Below, piece after piece: positions 27,246-37,029 of a stretch of DNA of 64,000 nucleotides. The translations under genes and the position numbers were made by a program. Below the pieces are notes generated by a model. The model made no database searches and had not been told where the DNA came from. It was given only the letters and a program-made list of their open reading frames with translations. This DNA comes from Collinsella sp. (GTDB taxonomy: Bacteria; Actinomycetota; Coriobacteriia; Coriobacteriales; Coriobacteriaceae): the NCBI GenBank assembly GCA_031292915.1, contig JAUMSH010000086.1:16450-80449 (forward strand). Reading direction: 5' to 3'. Each line of letters starts with the position of its first letter. Within the stretch, counting starts at the first letter, position 1.

Positions 27246-28741
27246 ACGCCCTCCTCGATAATACGGTAGACATACTCCATGTCGAGCGCCCCGCGCACGA
27301 CGTCGGCCAGGCGGTCGAACTCGCGCGCACGGTGATCGGCCGCGGACGCCGCGCCCGCGGCACCCACGACGCTCTCGGGCAGGCCGCGCATGCGCGCGAG
27401 CGAGCGCGCGAGGGCGAGCGCCACCCCCGGTTCGTCGAACAGGCCGTGGAGATAGGTTCCGAACACGTTTCCGCAGGCCGCGCCTTCTGGTTTGCCGCCA
27501 ATCGTGCCCGCAGGGGCGCAGGAGACGGTCGTTTCGCCGTCGTGAATCTCGTACCCGCACGCCGTCATGCCGTTCCACACCGAGAACGCGCCTTGGGCGC
27601 CCGTGATGCGCAGTTCCGACTGGGCGAGGCGCTTTTCCTCCTTGAACACCGTACTTGCAGGGATGAGCCCAAGCCCGCGCGCGGTGCCAGCGCCTTCCCT
27701 GCCGTGCGGGTCGGAAAGCTCGTCTCCCAAAAGCTGGTAGCCTCCGCATATGCCGAGCACCGGCGTGCCCGCGCCCGAAAGCGCGCGTACACAGGCTCCG
27801 ATGCCGCTAGCCGCAAGCCAGCGCGCGTCGTCGAGCGTGGTCTTCGAGCCGGGGAGCACCACCAGGTCGGGTCGGCCCAGATCAGTCGTCGAGGAAACGT
27901 AGCGCACGCCCACGCCGGGCACGCGCGAAAGCGGGTCGAAGTCGGTGAAGTTCGACAGATGCGGAAGGCGCACGACGGCGACGTCGATGACGCCGCGCGC
28001 TTCGCGGGCAGATAGGCGCGGCGCGAGCGAGTCCTCATCGTCCAGGTCGAGCGTAAGATACGGCACGACCCCCACGACGGGGACCCCGCACATCTTCTCG
28101 AGCGGGGCCAAACCCGGGCGAAGGATTTCCACATCGCCGCGGAACTTGTTCACCACAAGCCCCCGCAAAAGCGCGCGATCCTCGGGCGCAAGGAGCGCGA
28201 CCGTGCCGTAGAGCTGGGCAAACACCCCGCCTGGGTCGATGTCGCCCGCGAGCAGCACGGGGGAGGACACGGCGCGCGCGAGCCCCATGTTGACGATGTC
28301 GTTTTCGGCAAGGTTGATTTCGACGGGGCTGCCGGCGCCCTCGATGACGATGACGTCGTTTTCCTCCGCGAGCGAATCGAACGCCTCCAAAATCTGCGGC
28401 ATGAGCGCCTTCTTTCGCGCGAAGTAGTCCCTCGCAGCGAAGGCTCCCTGCGCCTTGCCGCCCACGATGAGCTGGCTTCGGTGGTCGCTTTCGGGCTTGA
28501 GAAGGATGGGGTTCATGCGCACGTCGGGCGCAATGCCGCACGCCTCGGCCTGCATGATCTGGGCGCGCCCCATCTCGAGCCCGTCGGCCGTGACACCGCT
28601 GTTGAGCGCCATGTTCTGGCTCTTGAAGGGAGTCACGCGCAGGCCGTCCTGCGAAAGCACACGGCACAGCCCCGCCGCAAGCAGGCTCTTCCCCGCATTC
28701 GACATGGTGCCCTGGATCATAATGGGCTTCGCCCTACCCAC
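27242..28741 (-). CDS. cobQ: cobyric acid synthase
   Basis: IMIQGTMSNAGKS and the GATase motif GICGGYQLLG. The GTG at 28741 lies 9 nt after AAGGAGG and overlaps the cobD stop. Confidence 0.9.
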   Translation of the reverse strand: MGRAKPIMIQGTMSNAGKSLLAAGLCRVLSQDGLRVTPFKSQNMALNSGVTADGLEMGRAQIMQAEACGIAPDVRMNPILLKPESDHRSQLIVGGKAQGAFAARDYFARKKALMPQILEAFDSLAEENDVIVIEGAGSPVEINLAENDIVNMGLARAVSSPVLLAGDIDPGGVFAQLYGTVALLAPEDRALLRGLVVNKFRGDVEILRPGLAPLEKMCGVPVVGVVPYLTLDLDDEDSLAPRLSAREARGVIDVAVVRLPHLSNFTDFDPLSRVPGVGVRYVSSTTDLGRPDLVVLPGSKTTLDDARWLAASGIGACVRALSGAGTPVLGICGGYQLLGDELSDPHGREGAGTARGLGLIPASTVFKEEKRLAQSELRITGAQGAFSVWNGMTACGYEIHDGETTVSCAPAGTIGGKPEGAACGNVFGTYLHGLFDEPGVALALARSLARMRGLPESVVGAAGAASAADHRAREFDRLADVVRGALDMEYVYRIIEEGV

Positions 28742-29957
28742 GGGTATCGACCTCCTTCGCCGAGCCTCGGCCATCCGCGCCCGCCATAGCGCCGCTGCAA
28801 GAAGCGCCGCCCCGTTCGTCAGGTTCGCCTTCGCCCGATGCACCTTCCGCCCGAAGCGCGCGGCTGAACGCCATCGCAAGCCGGGCATTCTCCTTGCGCG
28901 TGCGCACCGCGACACGGCACCAGAAACGGGACAGTACCGAAAACGAGTCGCACGTGCGGACCAAAACTCCCTGTTTATAAAGGCGCTCGGGGATGTCTTT
29001 CGCCGGCGTGCGGACTAAAAGGAAGTTCGCATCCGACGGCACGACGGAAAGCCCGAGCGAGGAGAGCTCGTGGGAAAGCCACGCTCGCTCGCCCGCCAAT
29101 ACATCGCGCGTGCGCGAGACGTATTCAACGTCTTCCAGGGCGGCGATGCCCGCGGCCTCGGCGACCGAGGAGACGGGCCACGCCTGCCCCGCCCGGCGAA
29201 TCCCCTCAATGAGTTGGGTGTTTCCGCTGATCAGATATCCCAACCGCAACCCCGCCATTCCGTAGAGCTTGGTGAACGCGGAGAGCACGGCCACATGGCG
29301 CGAACACGCGGCGCGTGCGGCCACGCTCCTTTCGCGGTCGTCGGGCGCAAATCCGAGGAAGCACTCGTCCACGACGAGCAGCGCGCCCACCTGCTCGCAG
29401 CGGCAAGCCGCGGCATCGATCACGCTGGGGTCGACGAGGCGCCCCGTCGGGTTGTTCGGATTGCAGAGGTACGCCACGTCTCCCGGCCCCTCGATCGCGC
29501 GGGCGAAGGAGGCGGGCACGTCGAAGTCGTCCGCTTCAGAGAGCGGGAACTCCTGCACGCATGCGCCGTAGTACGATGCCGCCTCCGCATATTCAGAGAA
29601 CGTCGGCGCGCACACGACGATGCGTTTCGGGCGCACCGTCGCAGCGAGCCGCCAGATGATGTCGGACGCGCCCGCGCCGCAGACGATAGTATCTTCGGGA
29701 ATGCCCTGGGCGCGCGATAGGGCGCGAACAAGGGCGAGGCTTTCCCTATCGGGGTAGGCGTCGATTCGAGAAAGCGCCTTGCAGGCTGCGGCGACAGCGC
29801 GCGGCGAGGGGCCTGCCGGATTCACGTTCACCGAGAAATCGATGAAGTCGGAGGCGCTCCCTTCGCAAGCGATGCCGAGCGATTGCGCACTGCCCCCATG
29901 CGTACGGGCGCGCAGGATTCCCCCGGCAGCCCGGGACGCAGCGTGGTCTTCCCTCAT
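28734..29957 (-). CDS. cobD: threonine-phosphate decarboxylase (class I/II aminotransferase fold)
   Basis: FSVNVNPAGPSP, LCNPNNPTG and the PLP-lysine motif SAFTKLYGMAGLRLGY. The ATG at 29957 overlaps the cbiB TGA. Confidence 0.85.
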   Translation of the reverse strand: MREDHAASRAAGGILRARTHGGSAQSLGIACEGSASDFIDFSVNVNPAGPSPRAVAAACKALSRIDAYPDRESLALVRALSRAQGIPEDTIVCGAGASDIIWRLAATVRPKRIVVCAPTFSEYAEAASYYGACVQEFPLSEADDFDVPASFARAIEGPGDVAYLCNPNNPTGRLVDPSVIDAAACRCEQVGALLVVDECFLGFAPDDRERSVAARAACSRHVAVLSAFTKLYGMAGLRLGYLISGNTQLIEGIRRAGQAWPVSSVAEAAGIAALEDVEYVSRTRDVLAGERAWLSHELSSLGLSVVPSDANFLLVRTPAKDIPERLYKQGVLVRTCDSFSVLSRFWCRVAVRTRKENARLAMAFSRALRAEGASGEGEPDERGGASCSGAMAGADGRGSAKEVDTRG

Positions 29958-30928
29958 GACATCGCCCCCACGGCGAGCACGACCGCCGCGCGCGCGGCGC
30001 CGAAGACGACGAGCGCGCATACGGACGCGGCGAGCATGAGCCTTGTCGCCCGGGCGATGTCGCCCCACTCGATTTCGCGGGATGCGTCGCCTATCGTCGG
30101 TTTCTCAACGAGCTTGCCGAAATACACCGCGGGTCCTGCCAGGCGCAGCCCGAGCGCGCCCGCACACGCTGACTCGGTCTGCGCCGCGTTCGGGCTCGCA
30201 TGGCGACGCCTGTCGCGGCGCCAGATGCGCGCCGCCCCACGCGCATCGAGCCCGACAATCGGGCACACGGCGATCATGAGCAGGGCCGATAAGCGCGAGG
30301 GAATCCAATTCACCGCATCGTCGAGGCGCGCCGAGACGCAGCCGAAGTCGATGTAGCGCTCGTTTTTGTAGCCCACCATGCTGTCGAGCGTATTCACCGC
30401 CTTGTACGCCATGCCCAAGGGCGCACCCCCGATCATAAGGTAGAAAAGCGGCGCGATGACGCCGTCGCTCGCGTTCTCCGCCACCGTTTCCACGGCGGCG
30501 CGCGCGACGCCCTGCTCGTTGAGAACAGACGTGTCGCGTCCCACGATGAGCCCGACGGCTTCGCGCGCCGCGACAAGGCCGCCCTTCGAGAACGCGCGGG
30601 CCACGGCCAGGCTCTGACGGCGCAGCTCGCATGTCGCGAGAATCTGATAGCTCGCCCATGCCTCGGCCACGAAGCGCAAGCCGGGGTGAACCATGCCGCA
30701 AAGATGTAGGATACCCCAGGTCAAAAGCCCACACGCAAGCGGAAGCGCCACGGCGAGCACAAGCCCTGCGGCACGCGTGCCCGCGGACGTTTGCGGGAAT
30801 GCGCCCCGCAGGCGGCCTTCGGCCCATGTGATCGCGTGCCCCATGGCGACGACGGGATGGGGAAGCCAGCGCGGGTCGCCGAAGGCAAGGTCGGCCGCGA
30901 ACCCGGCGGCGACGGCAAGAATCGTCAT
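29954..30928 (-). CDS. cbiB: adenosylcobinamide-phosphate synthase
   Basis: Membrane protein with FGDPRWLPHPVVAMG.. and NLDSMVGYKN-like DSMVGYKNERY. The ATG at 30928 overlaps the upstream stop. Confidence 0.9.
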   Translation of the reverse strand: MTILAVAAGFAADLAFGDPRWLPHPVVAMGHAITWAEGRLRGAFPQTSAGTRAAGLVLAVALPLACGLLTWGILHLCGMVHPGLRFVAEAWASYQILATCELRRQSLAVARAFSKGGLVAAREAVGLIVGRDTSVLNEQGVARAAVETVAENASDGVIAPLFYLMIGGAPLGMAYKAVNTLDSMVGYKNERYIDFGCVSARLDDAVNWIPSRLSALLMIAVCPIVGLDARGAARIWRRDRRRHASPNAAQTESACAGALGLRLAGPAVYFGKLVEKPTIGDASREIEWGDIARATRLMLAASVCALVVFGAARAAVVLAVGAMS

Positions 30929-31929
30929 CACCGGGCATCGCCCCCCGAAGCGGGGCGAACGTCGTGAAGGCAGCGCCCATCCCAGGTGGCGGCCCATGCG
31001 CCGCCCGGCTCGGTATGCACGTCGAAGTATCCCATTTTCGGGACAGCTAGCTCGGAGAGCAGCGCTTTCACGGTACCCGCGTGAACGACGAAGACGGCGC
31101 GCCCACTCCCCTGGGCGCGCTCCGAATCGCACGCCTCCCGAAACGCCGCGACGACGCGGCGGGTGAAATCGCTCTTGCCCTCGCCATGCGGGCAGCGCGT
31201 CTCACACCAGGAGTCTACCCAGGCGCGGTAACGCGCATCCTCTTTAAGTTCGGCGGCGCTTCGCCCCTCGAAGTCGCCGAAATCCATCTCGCGCAGACCG
31301 GGGCACGCCATAAGCTCCGCGTTCGGGAAGAGAATGCGTGCCGTCTGGTCGGTGCGGGCCATGCCGCTCGTGATAACACGGAACACGTCACGATCGCACG
31401 CGAGGTCGCGCAAAGCGCGCTCGCCCGCGCACGACAGGGGCTCGTCGGTGCCCGCCCCGCTGTAGCGATGGTCTTCCGTGCCCGCCGTGGCACCATGGCG
31501 CACAAAGATGACTTCCAAAGGCGCGCCCGCGCCCAGCGTCCCTCGAGGCGCATCGGCAAGGTTTCCTTTGATGACCTGAGGAATCCCGCACGTCATGCGC
31601 ACGACGACGTCGGCGCGCGCAGCGAGCGCGCATCCCAGGCGCCCCGCGCGCTCGCGCCATTGGGCGTCTTCCGCACGCATGGGGACGACCCCCGAGCCGA
31701 CCAAGGACAGAATCACTGCGTCGAAGCCGATCAGCCGCTCGAGCGCCCGGTCAGCGTCGAGCGCGCGTACGAGTTCCTCAGCACGGTACGCGACGCGGCC
31801 GGCAAAAGCCGCGGGCACGCCGCCCTCCGCAAGCTGCGCCGCGTCGACGAAATCGTCCGCCGCAAACCCGAACCTTTCGCGCACGAAGGTCCTCTTCCCC
31901 GAACGCGCGCCACCTACCACGAGCATCAT
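30928..31929 (-). CDS. cobC: fusion: shortened CobU-like P-loop domain + histidine-phosphatase (alpha-ribazole phosphatase CobC-like)
   Basis: N-terminus MMLVVGGARSGKRTF ... VGSGVVPMRAED..RAGRLGCALAARADVVVRMTCGIPQVIKG is CobU-like. C-terminus VIFVRHGATAG..., VVHAGTVKAL is the RHG phosphatase fold. ATGA overlap with cobS. Confidence 0.75.
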   Translation of the reverse strand: MMLVVGGARSGKRTFVRERFGFAADDFVDAAQLAEGGVPAAFAGRVAYRAEELVRALDADRALERLIGFDAVILSLVGSGVVPMRAEDAQWRERAGRLGCALAARADVVVRMTCGIPQVIKGNLADAPRGTLGAGAPLEVIFVRHGATAGTEDHRYSGAGTDEPLSCAGERALRDLACDRDVFRVITSGMARTDQTARILFPNAELMACPGLREMDFGDFEGRSAAELKEDARYRAWVDSWCETRCPHGEGKSDFTRRVVAAFREACDSERAQGSGRAVFVVHAGTVKALLSELAVPKMGYFDVHTEPGGAWAATWDGRCLHDVRPASGGDAR

Positions 31930-32693
31930 AGGAGCATGCCCCCCGCCACCAGCATGGCAAGCATCGCGAGCTCGGCCCATTGCAGAAACCATCCGGCCAA
32001 ATCCCCCGTCACCCCGCCGAAGCGGGACAGGGCAACATGGCGGTACCACGCGAGCACCAAAAGCCCCGCCACCGCCATAAGGGCGCCGACGGCCTGAGCG
32101 CACGCGACCATCCCTGCAGCCGAAGCCGCAGCGAAAGCGCAAAGCGGCACGACGATCGCCGCGCGCTTCTTCGCAGGCGAGAGTCCCGCGGCCATGCCGT
32201 CCGCCCGCGCGGCAGGCCAGCATTCAACGGCGAGTCCCGAAAGCGCGCGGGAGAACACGAGCGAGCACAGAAGCGCGAGGAACGCCCCCGCCGTAAGCGG
32301 CAGCGCGGTGAACAGGGAAAACTGCAGAATAAGGTACACAACAACACCGATGACCCCGAAGGCGCCCGCCCGCGGGTCGTGCATGATCTCGAGCTTTCGC
32401 TCGCGCGGGGCCCAACTTGCAAGCGCATCGGAGGTGTCGCAGAGCCCGTCTAGGTGGATGCCTCCCGTCACCGCCACAGGCAGCGCCACGAGCACGGCCG
32501 CGACGATGGTCGCGGGCACGCCGAGCAGGTTCGCCACGTGCCCCCACGCCGTCATGAGGAAGCCTTCCGCAAGGCCCACCAGGGGAAACGCGGCAAGCGC
32601 ATGGGTTGACCCGAAATCGGTCCAGACCGATTTCGGGACGGGGATGCGCGAGAACGTTCCGAACGCCGCGCCGATTGCCTCTGCTATCTTCAC
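31926..32693 (-). CDS. cobS: adenosylcobinamide-GDP ribazoletransferase (cobalamin synthase)
   Basis: Polytopic membrane protein with FGTFSRIPVP and HLDGLCDTSDAL. The GTG at 32693 overlaps the cobU TGA. Confidence 0.88.
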   Translation of the reverse strand: MKIAEAIGAAFGTFSRIPVPKSVWTDFGSTHALAAFPLVGLAEGFLMTAWGHVANLLGVPATIVAAVLVALPVAVTGGIHLDGLCDTSDALASWAPRERKLEIMHDPRAGAFGVIGVVVYLILQFSLFTALPLTAGAFLALLCSLVFSRALSGLAVECWPAARADGMAAGLSPAKKRAAIVVPLCAFAAASAAGMVACAQAVGALMAVAGLLVLAWYRHVALSRFGGVTGDLAGWFLQWAELAMLAMLVAGGMLL

Positions 32694-33238
32694 CTTGTAG
32701 GTCCTTCGCCTTTCATCCACACGGGAATCCCGCATACCACTTCGACTGCGCGGTCGGCCAGCGCCGCCACGCCCGCGTTCACGCGCGCGAGCGCGCGCCT
32801 CCATGCCTCGGTCCCCTCATCGTAGCGCATCCCATCGGCGAACACGTCGACGGTGACCACCACCGTATACGCAGCGGCCTGAGCGAGCCGTTCGATGCCT
32901 CCGAGCACCTCGCGCGCCGCAGCGTCGGGGTCACGTGGGGACAAGTCGCCTTCCGCGAAGAGCTCGTTCGCAACCAGGTTGCCCACGTCCTCCAAAAGAA
33001 GTGTGCAGCCGCGCGGAAGCCCGGGCACTGCGGCGCCCACGTCACGCGTGCGCTCGAGGGTGGAAAACCCCTTGCCCTCGCGCAGCGCCCGATGGCGCGC
33101 GATGCGGCGGGCGCCCTCTTCCCCGAAGGGCTCCATCGTTGCCAGGTACACGCGGGGGCCGTCGTGTCCGAGGCACAGGGACTCGGCGTAGGCGCTCTTG
33201 CCGCTCGCGGCGGCGCCGATGACAAGCGTCACCGTCAT
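32690..33238 (-). CDS. cobU: adenosylcobinamide kinase / adenosylcobinamide-phosphate guanylyltransferase
   Basis: MTVTLVIGAAASGKSAYAE and a full-length ~182-aa CobU-like layout. The ATG at 33238 overlaps the cobT TGA. Confidence 0.88.
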   Translation of the reverse strand: MTVTLVIGAAASGKSAYAESLCLGHDGPRVYLATMEPFGEEGARRIARHRALREGKGFSTLERTRDVGAAVPGLPRGCTLLLEDVGNLVANELFAEGDLSPRDPDAAAREVLGGIERLAQAAAYTVVVTVDVFADGMRYDEGTEAWRRALARVNAGVAALADRAVEVVCGIPVWMKGEGPTR

Positions 33239-34377
33239 TTCCCAGCCTCGAAATGCTTGTAAGCAGCCATGCCAGTCGCCGTGAACGTCTTCCCATCCCG
33301 GTACACGCACAGCGCCGAATCCAGAAGGGGCAGATACGCCAAGGCGCCCGCGCCCTCGCCCAAGTGCATGCCTGCGTCGAGGGGTGCCTTTATGCCGAGC
33401 TCGCGAAGGAGCTCCTGGCTTGCGGGTTCGCTTGATGCGTGGGTGCCCACGAGGTAGCCCAAGGCGTTGGGGCACAGGCGCGCCGCGCACAGGGCCGCCG
33501 TGCAGGATATGACCCCGTCGAGGAGCGCCGGCGCCTTCGAGACCGCGGCCCCCAGGTAGAAGCCGCACATCGCCGCGATGTCGAAGCCGCCCACCTTCGA
33601 GAGCACGTCGATCGGGTCGGCGGGATCGGGCGAGTTCGCGTCAATAGCGCGCTCGACCACGTCGCGCTTGCGCGCGAGCGAGGCGTCCGAGAGCCCCGCG
33701 CCGCGCCCGACGAGGCTCCGCGCGTCCACCCGGATGAGCACTGCGGCCACCGCCGCCGAGGTGGTCGTGTTGCCGATGCCCATCTCGCCCGCGGCGAGAA
33801 GGCGTACGCCGGCGCGGGCAAGCCCGCACGCGACGGCGATTCCGACCTCGATCGCGCGCACGGCCCCATCGCGAGACATAGCGGACCCGTGCGCGATGTT
33901 GCCGCTCCCCCGCCGCACGTTCGCGCGCACCATGCGCGCGTCTTCTATGCCCCGGGCCATACCCACGTCGACGGGCACGACCTCGGCACCCGCGAACGCC
34001 GCCATGCGGCAGGCGCTCGTGGCCCCCTCGCACATGTTGCGCGCGACGGCTCGCGTCACGTCTTGCCCGCTTTGCGACACGCCTTCGGCAACGACCCCGT
34101 TGTCGGAGAAGAATACTGCGAGCGCACGGGGAAACTCGGCCACCTCGGCGCTCCCCTGAGCTGCGGCGATACGCGCGACGGCGTCTTCAAAGTCGCCCAA
34201 TCCCCCCAAGGGGTGCGCGATGGAGTCCCACGCGGCGTACGCGGCGGCGCGGGCACACTCGTCTGCGGGCGCGATCCGGGAGAGCGCGGCTTCGAGCACG
34301 GCGCCCGGCGCCGACGAGAACGCTCGCTCGACTTCCTCGCGGATGCAGGCAAGCGCGGTTTCGGTTGCTTCAGCCAT
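33235..34377 (-). CDS. cobT: nicotinate-nucleotide--dimethylbenzimidazole phosphoribosyltransferase
   Basis: GEMGIGNTTTSAA and LGEGAGA motifs. AGGAGA precedes the ATG at 34377, with an 8-nt overlap with cbiA. Confidence 0.9.
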   Translation of the reverse strand: MAEATETALACIREEVERAFSSAPGAVLEAALSRIAPADECARAAAYAAWDSIAHPLGGLGDFEDAVARIAAAQGSAEVAEFPRALAVFFSDNGVVAEGVSQSGQDVTRAVARNMCEGATSACRMAAFAGAEVVPVDVGMARGIEDARMVRANVRRGSGNIAHGSAMSRDGAVRAIEVGIAVACGLARAGVRLLAAGEMGIGNTTTSAAVAAVLIRVDARSLVGRGAGLSDASLARKRDVVERAIDANSPDPADPIDVLSKVGGFDIAAMCGFYLGAAVSKAPALLDGVISCTAALCAARLCPNALGYLVGTHASSEPASQELLRELGIKAPLDAGMHLGEGAGALAYLPLLDSALCVYRDGKTFTATGMAAYKHFEAGK

Positions 34378-35752
34378 GCCGTCTCCTCTCTGCGAACGAC
34401 GCTGCGGCAGACGCGAACGCGCGCGCAACGTCGGGGTTCGCAGGATAGTACACATGCGGGAAGCCCGCAACCAGGGACGGGGTGGTCGTCATGCACGGCC
34501 AGCCCTTGTCGCGCCGGGGCTTTTGCGCCCAGAAGTCGCCGCCCGGGCAGGTGGACTGCCAGTAGTGGAACTCGTGCGCGCGGATGCGTGTGCCGCGCGG
34601 CCCGTAGAGCCCGTCGCGTTGGGAAGTGAGCTCCACGTACCCGAAATGGGACAGCCTTCCCCCGTTCTCGCTTGCGCCCTCAAGGGCGCCCGCAACAGGC
34701 CAGCGCCGCCCCTCGCTATCGGCGATTTCGCGCTGCAGGTACAGAAACCCACCGCATTCGGCGACCGTCGGCATGCCGGATTCCACCGCATGCCGCACCG
34801 CCTCGCGCATCGGCGCGTTCTCGGAGAGCTGCCGCGCATGGAGCTCCGGGTAGCCGCCTCCCAGATAGAGGGCGCTTGTCCCCCGGGGCAACTCGCTATC
34901 ACACAGGGGGCTGAAAAAGGCCAACTCGCAACCCAGGTCCTCGAGCGCGCGCAGGTTCTCCTCGTAGTAGAACGAGAACGCCTCGTCACGCGCGACGGCG
35001 ACGATGGGCCGCGCTCCCGCGATCGGCTCCAACCGGTAAGGATCCTCGCGGATATCGGGTGCCGTCGCCGCTATTTCGAGCAAGCGGTCGACATCGACGC
35101 TCTTTTCCACCAGCACGGCCATCTTGTCGATGCGCGCGGAGAGCTGCTCGACCTCGTCGGCGGTCACAAGCCCCAGATGCCGGCTTTCGAGCGAGAACGC
35201 CTCGTCGGCGGGGATATTCCCCAAAACCGCGACGCCCGTGTGCTTCTCGATCGCAGGCTTCGCGTAGGCGCAGGCAGCGGCGCTCGTCTTGTTGAGCACG
35301 ACGCCGCGCACGTTGGCACAAGGCAGGAACTCGGCGATGCCGCTGATTACGGCGGCGAGCGATAAAGACGCCCCGCGCCCGTTCACCACTAAAACGACCG
35401 GCGTTTCCGTGTCGCGCGCAACCTGATAGCTGCTCGCGTCGGCCACGCCGGGCGCCATGCCGTCGTAGAAGCCCATGACCCCCTCGAGCACCGCGACATC
35501 CGCGCCCGCAGCGCCGCGTGCGAGCAGGGCGCGCAGCGTCGGGGCGTCGGTGAAGAAGCCGTCTAAGTTGCCCGAGCGCGCACCCACGACGCGGCGATGA
35601 AAGAGCGGGTCAATGTAGTCGGGGCCGCATTTGAAGGCCGCGCATGCAAGGCCGCAGCGCGCGAGCGTGCGCAGGAGCGCGCACGTTACGACCGTCTTGC
35701 CGCTCCCGCTCGAGGGCGCAGCGACCATGAAGCGCGGGATGGTCGTGCTCAC
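34370..35752 (-). CDS. cbiA: cobyrinate a,c-diamide synthase
   Basis: VAAPSSGSGKTVVTCALL and the GATase motif AECGGFLYL. The GTG at 35752 overlaps the cbiET TGA. Confidence 0.9.
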   Translation of the reverse strand: MSTTIPRFMVAAPSSGSGKTVVTCALLRTLARCGLACAAFKCGPDYIDPLFHRRVVGARSGNLDGFFTDAPTLRALLARGAAGADVAVLEGVMGFYDGMAPGVADASSYQVARDTETPVVLVVNGRGASLSLAAVISGIAEFLPCANVRGVVLNKTSAAACAYAKPAIEKHTGVAVLGNIPADEAFSLESRHLGLVTADEVEQLSARIDKMAVLVEKSVDVDRLLEIAATAPDIREDPYRLEPIAGARPIVAVARDEAFSFYYEENLRALEDLGCELAFFSPLCDSELPRGTSALYLGGGYPELHARQLSENAPMREAVRHAVESGMPTVAECGGFLYLQREIADSEGRRWPVAGALEGASENGGRLSHFGYVELTSQRDGLYGPRGTRIRAHEFHYWQSTCPGGDFWAQKPRRDKGWPCMTTTPSLVAGFPHVYYPANPDVARAFASAAASFAERRRHG

Positions 35753-37029
35753 CGGGCGCCGCCTTCCCCACCTGCACCACGCGCGCTGACGAGGAACACG
35801 GGGTTTTGCGCCTTCATAAGATGGTGCGAGCCTACAGCCTCGGCGCGGGCGGCCGACACCTGGCACGCCTCGAACCCCTTAAAGCGCGAACCCGAGAGGA
35901 GCGCGCACGCCTCGGTGAGCGTCTCAACGGTGACGCATGGCACGCACAGGCGAACCTGCGAGTTCTTCTCGAGCGCCGCCTCCACGATAGAGGGAAGCTC
36001 GCCCGCGCTCCCGCCGACGAACACGGCGTCGGGGACGGGCAGTTTCGCGAGCGCTTCGGGGGCGACACCGGGGACCGCATGCACGTTGCCGCACCCGAAT
36101 GCATCCGCGTTCTCTCGGATGAGCCGCACGCCGGCCGCGTTGCGCTCGACCGCCCATACCGACCCCGCTCGCGCGACGAGCGCCGCCTCGATCGATACGC
36201 TCCCCGTGCCGGCGCCGATGTCCCACACGGTGTCGGTCGCGGTAAGGCGCAGCTTCGCGAGCGCGACGGCGCGCACCTCCTGCTTGGTCATGGGAACGTC
36301 GCCGCGGATGAAGAGCTCGTCGGGAATGCCCGAGGAAGCGTACGGCCAGCGGGAGCTCGCGGCGCGAGATGCGTTAGAGCCCACAGGCGACCCGGCGCCG
36401 CCTGCGAACTCGATAAGCATCACGTTCAAGTCATCGAACGTCTGACCTGCTATTTCACTTGCGGTCGCACAGGTGATGCGCTCGTCGGGGTACGACAGGC
36501 GCTCGGCCACCGTCACGCGCGCGTCCCCGAAGCCCGCCTGCACAAGCTCGCCCGAAAGCCGCGAGGGGTCTTCCCCGCCCGACGTGGCGAGGAAAAGCTC
36601 ACCTGCGCGCTCGGCCTCGGCCACGATGTCGCACGCCACGCCGTGAGCGCTCGCGAAGCGCCAATTCTGCCATGGACGCGCGAGGCGCGCGGCGAGATAC
36701 GATGCTGAGCTTATGCCGGGAATGACGCGCACGGCCACCTGCGCGTCGCCGGAGAGCGCCTCCACCAGGCGGCGCGCGCCGCTGAACAGCCCAACATCGC
36801 CCGTCATCACGACCACGGCGCGCTGCCACGACGCCGCATCGGTGAGCGCGGCGACGATGTCCGCCGTCTTCACGAGCTCGCATCTCACCACGTCGGGCGG
36901 CACGTCGATGCCGACAAGCGCGCGATGAGCGCCGATGACCACGTCGGCGATGTCGATCGCGTCGAGCGCCGCGCGCGAGAGCAAGTCGGGGTTTCCGGGC
37001 CCCGCCCCGATGATCGTTACCTTTCGCAT
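35749..37029 (-). CDS. cbiET: bifunctional cobalt-precorrin-7 (C5)-methyltransferase / cobalt-precorrin-6B (C15)-methyltransferase, decarboxylating (CbiE-CbiT fusion)
   Basis: N-terminal tetrapyrrole methylase motif IIGAGPGNPDLLS. C-terminal class I methyltransferase motif VWDIGAGTGSVSIEAA. The ATG at 37029 overlaps the cbiH end by 13 nt. Confidence 0.88.
   Translation of the reverse strand: MRKVTIIGAGPGNPDLLSRAALDAIDIADVVIGAHRALVGIDVPPDVVRCELVKTADIVAALTDAASWQRAVVVMTGDVGLFSGARRLVEALSGDAQVAVRVIPGISSASYLAARLARPWQNWRFASAHGVACDIVAEAERAGELFLATSGGEDPSRLSGELVQAGFGDARVTVAERLSYPDERITCATASEIAGQTFDDLNVMLIEFAGGAGSPVGSNASRAASSRWPYASSGIPDELFIRGDVPMTKQEVRAVALAKLRLTATDTVWDIGAGTGSVSIEAALVARAGSVWAVERNAAGVRLIRENADAFGCGNVHAVPGVAPEALAKLPVPDAVFVGGSAGELPSIVEAALEKNSQVRLCVPCVTVETLTEACALLSGSRFKGFEACQVSAARAEAVGSHHLMKAQNPVFLVSARGAGGEGGAR

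Noticed and set aside
26730-27749. Long N-terminal extensions of cbi/cob track ORFs (e.g. 339 codons for cobO; similarly 25318-26361, 27242-28915, 30928-32223, 32690-33568, 35749-37344, 39120-40472, 40306-41241)
   Set aside because: The extensions are Arg/Gly/Pro-rich read-through into the upstream gene. In each case an internal ATG or GTG coincides with the conserved protein N-terminus and overlaps the upstream stop (ATGA/GTGA), so the shorter coordinates are used.
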